Assembly (NCBI RefSeq): GCF_006345805.1 | Contig: NW_021833487.1 | Location: 1 to 28,784, forward strand | Direction: 5' to 3' | DNA from: Octopus sinensis | Lineage: Eukaryota | Length of the DNA: 28,784 nucleotides | Shown: piece by piece, positions 21,426-28,784 of the stretch | Layout of the letters: each line of letters opens with the position of its first letter | Position numbering within the stretch: position 1 is the stretch's first letter | Notes under the pieces: generated by a model | Databases searched by the model: none | Told to the model about the DNA's origin: nothing | Seen by the model: only the letters and a program-made list of their open reading frames with translations | Translations under genes and position numbers: made by a program

Positions 21426-21650
21426 GGAATTCCTTTCCTTAGCTTGTTGTGACCGCGTGTGTATCGTTGGCGATTTTTTCCCTCCGTCTTCCCTTCCTTG
21501 GATCTTTCCTTTTTCCATGTTTCTGACGAAGAGCTCCGCTCGAAACGTTAATTCCTCCTTCTTTCTTTCCTTTCATGAGCGTCCAATAACACTACACTTG
21601 TTCCACGTCATCGCATTGATGTGTTTTCCCTTTGTTCATGTTTGGAGTAA
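21426..21650 (+). mobile_element. Short hammerhead-bearing dispersed repeat (longer copy of 4072-4178)
   Basis: The shared 105-bp core includes CTGACGAAGAGCTCCGCTCGAAACGTTAA. Boundaries are approximate. Confidence 0.7.
21519..21553 (+). ncRNA. Minimal type I hammerhead ribozyme
   Basis: GTTT-CTGACGA-A-GAGCTCCGCTC-GAAA-CG-TT-AATT. The core is identical to 4136-4170; stem I is weakened. Confidence 0.62.
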
Positions 21651-22901
21651 CTATATACACAATATATTTAGATATATATAATATATGTATATATTTATAT
21701 TTATATTTATATGTTTATACACACACACACATACATATACGTACATATACATACACACACATATACACATACACACTCATATATTTGGGAGTCCAACAGG
21801 GATGTAATGAGCATAACTGGAAGCACTTCACTATTTGGTGCAATCAGTTTGATACGTGGGCTAAGTGGCTACAATAGCAACAACAACAGCAATTACAACA
21901 ACAACAACAACAACAACCACAACAACAACCAGTGTATAATATACGACTATTCAACGTCACGTTTGATTCGTGTCTAAAAGTTATTGTTTTTCATTGAATT
22001 CCATTCTAGCTCCTATGCCGTCTCTCTTCCTCTACCATCTCTCACTCTCAGTAACGACAAATATCAAATATTAAAAGAATACACAAACAGAAATAGCCAA
22101 CAAGCCAGTAACCTCACTGACACCAACCACTGTTGCTGCGAAATAGAAGAACAGCACACTCAGGTTGAAACTCAATCGCACCCACCACTCACTGTAGGCA
22201 TCACCAAAGTTCATGGAAGTACACGAACACACTGGACAATCAGGAGAGTTGCACTGTATAACCAAAGAATCATACTGAACCCTCTGCGATTGGCGGTCAC
22301 ATAGTTCATATCAGATTATACGCTGCATTATCCATACTGAAATATGTTGTACGGTCTTCAAATTAAGGGGAAACCTAAAAATGGAGGTACTCTCCTCCTA
22401 GACGAATAGCTTGCGATGCAGCTATGGAACTCCTGATGTAAAACCTCATGCTTTTCTTTATTGAAGACATGATTTCTATAGACTGGATGTCCTTCAAATA
22501 ATCATTTACTTTATAGACTACCTTGATTTCACTATTCCGTCGATATTGCGGCAGCTGCTGAAGACGATGGGGATGATGTAGAGGATGGTGGTGATGACGG
22601 TGGTGGTGGTGCTGGTGGTGGTGGTGGTGATGATGGCGATAGCAACGACGACGACGACGACGATGATGATGGCGATGGTAGCGGTGGTGGCATTTCAACG
22701 AGAACTAAAGGGTCACTGCCCCTCCCACAAGTTTAATCAATTTATATTTGAGAATTGCTGTTCTCCTTGACTGGTTGCCTGTGATGCATGTCATGTATGT
22801 ATGTATATATTCATGTGTGTATGTATGTCTGTGTTTGTACATATATGCGTGTATATATGTGTTTATATGTGTGTGTATGTTTACACACACACACACATAC
22901 A

Positions 22902-22935
<34 letters not shown>

Positions 22936-23194
22936 CATACATACATACATAAATACATAAAGAGCGAGAGGAGAGGAAGGAAGAAGGAACGACAGAAAGA
23001 ACGTTATTACCATATTTGAATACATGTGGAACAAAGCATGAAAGGTTTATTTTTGTGCAACTCGAATGGGCAAGCGCATTAGGCCGGAACGAATCCCTAA
23101 TTTCCTTGGGGCTTAAACAACTGGGGGCACATGGAGTTTTTAAAATTTAAACGGAAAAGAAGTTCCTTGGAGATTTAATTACCCTAACTCCACC

Positions 23195-23345
23195 AGGTTA
23201 TCGCTGATATTCATTATTCATCCGAGTACACTGAAGCAACGGAAAACAAAGTACCTTGCTCAAGAACTCAATGTGCGCCGCCTTTGTCATGAGAACCGAA
23301 CTAATCACATAACGATCATGATTCCGACGCCCAAACCACAACGCA
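23195..23345 (-). mobile_element. Old decayed SINE-A-related copy
   Basis: GAGTACACTGAAGCAACGGAAA..AAGTACCTTGCTCAAGAAC..ACGATCATGA..AACCAC, colinear with 219-335. Confidence 0.6.
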
Positions 23346-23641
23346 CATTTACAAGCAGGTGGTGTATGCTAGATAAAAAGGAAATGCCTTAATCGATTGA
23401 GGATGAGTATAGTAAGAGACAAGAGACGCACAACAATCAGGAATACTTCTACTTCTCTAATTTCCCCTCCCGTGAGACACACATCCACAAGATATCTTCA
23501 ACAAGCAGCAACACAGTTGCTCTTTCTCCAACGATACTCTGTCTGTAGTTATGGTACACATGCACCGATAACGAAACACCTGTTGAGATGTCTCTAATAC
23601 GAGAAGCATTTATTTTTACTGACATTGCATTATATAAAATA

Positions 23642-24029
23642 CTAGCAGTATTGCCCGACGTTGCTCGGGTTTGTAAGGGAAATAACTATATAAGCATTTT
23701 TAGAGAGTTATAGCAAAAAAATGCATTAAAAATGGAATAAAAAATGATGGTAATTTTTTTTTAAATCGTTGACTCATCGTAGACATTTTTAGAGAGTTAC
23801 TTCCCTTATATAATAGCGAAAAAAATGCATCAAAATGGAAAAAAATGATAGTAAATTATTTTTAAAATCGTAGACTCATCGTAGACGCGCGCTAATACCC
23901 AGAAGGGCTCGATATGAATCACGTCTATAAGATACCCGGTTTTGGTTACACTACACCGCAAAATGTGGGAGTAGTTAGGAATCTAAATCGTAGGAGACAG
24001 GCACACAACTTCACTTTTATATATAAAGA
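23642..24029 (-). mobile_element. Non-autonomous Helitron (388 bp)
   Basis: The minus strand begins A^TCTTTATATATAAAAG and ends CCCGA-GCAACG-TCGGG-CAATACTG-CTAG^T. This gives a 5' TC, a subterminal hairpin, a 3' CTAG, insertion between A and T, and no TSD. There is an internal ~90-100-bp tandem duplication. Confidence 0.9.
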
Positions 24030-24256
24030 TATATAATAAAATACACAGAGAAATCTGTTCAGCTGTGGTTCAGTTATTAAAAATATAGCGGAAGATGAAG
24101 TGAACTCAATAAATGGAGGGAAACAATCTCTAACAACAATGAAACAAACCGACATTGTATTTATGATATATATTTCTCTTTTTCACAAATATACAAGAAC
24201 TCTCTATTCTTGTCTGTTTCCCTATCTGGCTGCCTGCATCCATCTATCTATCTATC

Positions 24257-24339
<83 letters not shown>

Positions 24340-24784
24340 GCAAACAAAACCCACTTGCAAACAAATGTGGTAACATATAACAATATTGACCAAGGTTACC
24401 GTGGTCTTTTTCGTAGGCTTTTCTCCCCACGGATAAACCTTACTTGCTTTCCCCTTTACACCATATATCATAACACTGTGATACACGATCCCTATTGATC
24501 GTTTTTTTTCCTCTTCCCCTTTTTTCCCCCTTTTTTCTTCTTTTTTCATTTCTCTTTTCTTTTGTTCCTTTTCTTTTTTTTCTTTTTCTTTTTTTCTTTT
24601 TTTCTTTTAATTATTTTTTTTGTTCTTTTCTTCCCTTTTACGATCCCTCTTGATCGAAAACCTACGCCACCCCTTTTTTTCTTTTTTTTTCTTTTGTTTT
24701 TTGTTTTTTTCATCCCCCAAAAGAAAAGCTCTACCTTGTAACTTGTCCCATCTGTGTGCAGCCCTGTGTGGCCAATAAAGAAAC
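24340..24784 (+). mobile_element. Probable LINE (Tx1/L1-like) 3' UTR fragment embedded in (CTAT)n
   Basis: T-rich 3'UTR with stem-loops and the terminus GCCCTGTGTGGCCAATAAAGAAA, with (CTAT)n on both sides. Confidence 0.5.
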
Positions 24785-24786
24785 TT

Positions 24787-25057
24787 ATCTATCTATCTGC
24801 CCTTCAGTTTAACAACCTATCTCTTTCACTTCCTCTATTAATCATATCAATTTCCCTCTCTTGCACTTTTTTCTCTCTGTTTCTCTCACCATACTTAATA
24901 CGTATGGCGTTATTATTAGTTATAAACTATAAATATTACTCTCAACAGAAAGCATGTAGTATTCATATAATGCTCAGAAGGACACTTCGAATTTATTACA
25001 TAAATACATACAAGCATACATAATACATACATACATACATACATACAAATATGAGTG

Positions 25058-25148
<91 letters not shown>

Positions 25149-25370
25149 GTTACTTAGCAACCCGTCTCTTTCAATTTCTCAGGTAATTATGTCACATCCC
25201 ACTCATGCACCTTCTCTCTCTACTCCCTCACTACAATTTAATATATATCGGGTTATTAGTTATCAACAATATATATTACACTCAGCAGAAAGTATGCAGT
25301 ATTATTCATATATTGTTCGTGAAAACACTTTCAGTTTATTATGTAAATACGTATACATGCACACACATAT
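24787..25370. repeat. Diverged tandem duplication of a ~230-bp non-microsatellite unit
   Basis: TAACAACCTATCTCTTTCACTTCCTC vs TAGCAACCCGTCTCTTTCAATTTCTC; TTATTAGTTATAAACTATAAATATTACTCTCAACAGAAAGCATGTAGTATT vs TTATTAGTTATCAACAATATATATTACACTCAGCAGAAAGTATGCAGTATT. Confidence 0.85.
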
Positions 25371-25393
25371 GTATGTGTTGTGTGTGTATACAT

Positions 25394-25481
25394 TCTTTTA
25401 TTCTTTTATTTGTTTCAGTCATTTGACTGCGGCCATGCTGGAGTACCGCCTTTAGTCGAACAAATCGATCAAATCGACCCC
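25394..25481 (-). mobile_element. SINE-B 3' tail fragment
   Basis: TCTTTTATTTGTTTCAGTCATTTGACTGCGGCCATGCTGGAGTACCGCCTTTAGTCGAACAAATCGA. Another tail fragment lies at 16381-16441. Confidence 0.85.
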
Positions 25482-25651
25482 ATTGTTTACATTATTTACA
25501 TTTGACGGATATTTGTCCTCATCTTGTTTGTTGTTAGCACAACGTTTCGGCTGATGTACTCTCTAGCCTTTATCAGGTGTCCTGGGGGAATTTCGAACCT
25601 GGGTTCTCATTCTTAAGGTCTTTTCCGATTTTGTTGTCATTATTATTATTA

Positions 25652-25690
<39 letters not shown>

Positions 25691-25952
25691 TATTATTATT
25701 ATATTATTATTATTATTAGTAGTAGTAGTAGTAGTAGTATTGCTCTCAACCACTACGCCATATGCTCGTGGGCAATTATGGAGTGAATTTTGGGGCTTAT
25801 AAATCTAATGTTTTCCTATCCTTCTTTAATACCGGTTTCCATATTCTACTCATATCTGTCTCTTTTAGTTTTCGTATTTTCCAGTGGTGTTCTCTGTCTA
25901 TTATTTTAACTTTGTTCCACAGGGGGAGGTTGACTCCGTTTTCTATACATGA
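25482..25952 (-). mobile_element. Penelope-like element remnant: GIY-YIG C-terminus + tRNA-like A-box + (TAA)n + hammerhead
   Basis: Minus 25945-25797 reads ENGVNLPLWNKVKIIDREHHWKIRKLKETDMSRIWKPVLKKDRKTLDL*, the 'W..VKI+D.E.....R..KE' end of PLE GIY-YIG domains. A hammerhead lies downstream on the same strand. Confidence 0.72.
25538..25580 (-). ncRNA. Minimal hammerhead ribozyme, G8->A mutated
   Basis: Minus strand: ACAC-CTGATAA-A-GGCT..AGCC-GAAA-CG-TT-GTG. Confidence 0.62.
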
Positions 25953-26534
25953 ATATTAGAATGGAACAAAAACGCAATAGAGGACAATAAAATATTCGGA
26001 CAGATAAACGATACAAAGGCGGACAAGAGAAACAATTAGAAGGACAGTCAAAAAAGACAGGTCACTCCTGGCCTTCTTTTCTCAGTCAAGTACCAGAAGT
26101 CACGACTGTTTCGGGCAGTTACACATGAAATAATTTGATCTGGCTGTCCTCCAAAAAGTGTAAGCTGAGAGCATTAGACCCCTTTGTAAGAAAGCTAGCG
26201 AATGTGTATGGCAACAGAGAACGAATCAAATTGAGCTGGCGTGTGTGAAGTGAAAGCCCAAAGGCAGAAACATAGGAGATGGACATAAAAAGTGTTGGCG
26301 GTCGGCAGTCAGGCCAAGAAAGAAAGATCATGGCTGGCCGGACACCGGTCACGTGGAAGGAGGAGAGATGGGTAGGGGGCAGCGGGATTGAAGAATTAGA
26401 AAAAAATCAGAGACAAAGAGAAAGGTACATGGGAGATAAACGAGTGGGAATAGTGGAGTTAAAGAGAGGACCAAGGTATGTATGTATGTATGTATGTATG
26501 TATGTATGTATGTATGTATGTATGTATGTATGTA

Positions 26535-26921
26535 TGTGCAAGAACCTGCCTCAGTAAAGCTGGGCTCAAGAGTCATCTTCGTAGTCATAAAGCGAGACAG
26601 ATGAGTGACAACCTGGCCAATGGTGGCGGTGTAACACACCATACTAATCATATCTGTCGGGCATGTGGAAGAGAGTGTAATTCGGCAGGAGGACTTAAAC
26701 GACATGCAAAGGTACATGAAGTCCAGTTACAACTACAGCTGGCTATTACCGGTAAAGGTTTTAGTTGCCAATTCTGTACAAGACATTGTAGATCTTTAGC
26801 TGTGCTAAAAAGTCACGTTCGATCACAACAGCAATAACAGTTAAGCTTCGTGCAATGGCCATAATCGATAACGAGGGGGCAGTTATAATGTATGTATGTA
26901 TGTATTATGTATGTATGTATG
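26535..26921 (+). mobile_element. 5'-truncated RTE-like LINE 3' end encoding three C2H2-like zinc fingers, with short 3'UTR and (TGTA)n tail
   Basis: [18 protein letters not shown] / CRACGRECNSAGGLKRHAKVH / CQFCTRHCRSLAVLKSHVRSQ*. The C..CGR.C.S..GL.SH.R.H signature is RTE-type and there are no TGEKP linkers. (TATG)n lies on both sides. Confidence 0.7.
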
Positions 26922-26961
26922 AGCTGGTGGTGGATTCTTAGTTCCTATAGTTCCTATGTGT

Positions 26962-27113
26962 AGGCGACTATACCGAAATCTTCGGTATGGTTCCGGGTTC
27001 AGTCCCACTGCGTGGCATCTTGGGCAAGTGTCTCCTGCTATAGCCCTGGGCCGACCAAAGCTTTGTGAGTGGATTTGGTAGACGGAAACTGAAAGAAGCC
27101 TGTCATATATATG

Positions 27114-27144
<31 letters not shown>

Positions 27145-27369
27145 GTGTGTGTGTTTGTGTGTCTGTGTTTGTCCCCCTAGCATTGCTTGACAACCGATGC
27201 TGGTGTGTTTACGTCCCCGTCAGCTAGCGGTTCGGCAAAAGAGACCGATAGAATAAGTACTGGGCTTACAAAGAATAAGTCTCGGGGTCGATTTGCTCGA
27301 CTAAAGGCGGTGCTCCAGCATGGCCGCAGTCAAATGACTGAAACAAGTAAAAGAGAGTAAAAGAGAGTA
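26962..27369 (+). mobile_element. tRNA-derived SINE family B
   Basis: GGTTCCGGGTTCAGTCCCACTGCGTGGCATCTTGGGCAAG..(TA/TG)n..GGCCGCAGTCAAATGACTGAAACAA followed by a GTAAAAGAGA-repeat tail. Reverse complement of 12131-12543. Confidence 0.92.
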
Positions 27370-27805
27370 TCCTCTACCTCATTCCATCGTTCCTTTCCCT
27401 TATCCCCACTGGACTTATGAAGAAAGTTTGATAATTTGCTGCTGTTGTTTTGTTTTATTGAACAATCTGCGTGGTGAAGATTATTATATTTGGCTTGGTT
27501 TATGCTGAACTAGTCTCGCTCTTAGGACAAATCGAAGCTTTGCGAAAAGACATTCACCCAAATTGCCCCAAAAGATGATGGAACATGAGACGTGTTGGTT
27601 GTGAAAAAAAAACTATGCCGGTTTACCTACGGATACACTGCAATAAATACATGAGCGCGCACCAAAAAATGTATATGTGCATATACCTAATGGAATACAT
27701 ACATGCACACACTTATACAAACACATTTTAAGAAATATGTCATGTTTAGAAAACACTTAAGTCAGTAGCGGCGAGGCAAGGCAGTTAATATAAACACGCG
27801 CAGTC

Positions 27806-27842
<37 letters not shown>

Positions 27843-28049
27843 ACACACAACACACACACACGCACGCACACACATACATACACACACACAGACTCACATA
27901 CACATACACGCACGCACACACACACACACACACGCGCGCGCAATCATACACTCACATACATACATGCATACAGACGCGTGTGCGAGCGCACATGTGTGTT
28001 ATTGTCTATATAAATATTTGCCTATCTGTCTGTCAGTCAGTCAGTTTGG

Positions 28050-28136
<87 letters not shown>

Positions 28137-28148
28137 ATCTATCTATCC

Positions 28149-28240
<92 letters not shown>

Positions 28241-28261
28241 ATCTATCTATCTATCTTATCT
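28050..28261. repeat. (CTAT)n microsatellite
   Basis: Directly visible; similar tracts at 15541-15592, 24241-24338 and 25058-25148. Confidence 0.95.
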
Positions 28262-28784
28262 ATATATAATGAATTAAACGTTTTTAGAAATGAAAGGAAT
28301 CGGAAACCGGAAGTCAATATTCTATTGAATGTTTCAACGAAATATTGATTTCCATCTTCTTTTACTTCATGTCGCAGTAATGTGTTCTCTCTTTCCGTCT
28401 GTCTGTCTGTCTATTGTCTTCCTGTCTATATCTCTTATACAAACGCGCGCGCGCACGAACACTCATTCATATATGCATACATATATATACCTACATACAC
28501 ACATATATATAATATTTGAAATGTGTGTGTATCTGTGTATATGTGTGTGTGCACATGCACAAAGTCAAGATTACATGCTCTAAGAGCTTGTGGATGAAAG
28601 GCCCATAGCTTATCAATATTTTTCAAAAGAAATGGAGAAATGTACGTGGTGAGGGTGATTATACATTCAAGAATATACGCCCCGTAATCTTACGTTTGCG
28701 ATCGCAGATCAGAGATGAATCAACGTCAGGTAAAATAAGGAGTATTAATTGCATATACGGTGCCCCCAGCTCGGGCTCAATCCC

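Noticed and set aside
21984-22698. ORFs 21984-22304(+) and 22375-22698(-) as host exons
   Set aside because: No recognisable domain or splice pattern, and partly (GGT/GAT)n-derived. They may be old TE debris but cannot be assigned.
26095-26180. Possible further hammerhead remnant on the minus strand (GGACAG..CTGCCC-GAAA-CAGTCG-TG)
   Set aside because: The CUGANGA core and the cleavage triplet are not recognisable; too degenerate to count.

Overview
AT-rich, microsatellite-dense eukaryotic DNA, intergenic or intronic. The SINE families, LINE remnants and microsatellite spectrum resemble an Octopus/coleoid cephalopod genome; this is recognition from memory, not verified. No intact host gene is supportable, and nearly all ORFs in the track are microsatellite read-through. 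DNA transposons: a full-length but decayed Tc1-type element with DD36E spacing (17328-18603) nested in a hAT remnant, a second Tc1 fragment, and a clean 388-bp non-autonomous Helitron. Retroelements: Tx1/L1-like and RTE-like LINE fragments (one ending in three C2H2-like fingers) and at least three tRNA-derived SINE families. The most notable signal is an unusually dense set of about 8 minimal hammerhead-ribozyme motifs (intact, mutated or partial) of the Penelope-like type. They occur in short dispersed repeats, in a GIY-YIG-bearing composite element, and at the edges of two adjacent long inverted repeats (3098-4071).
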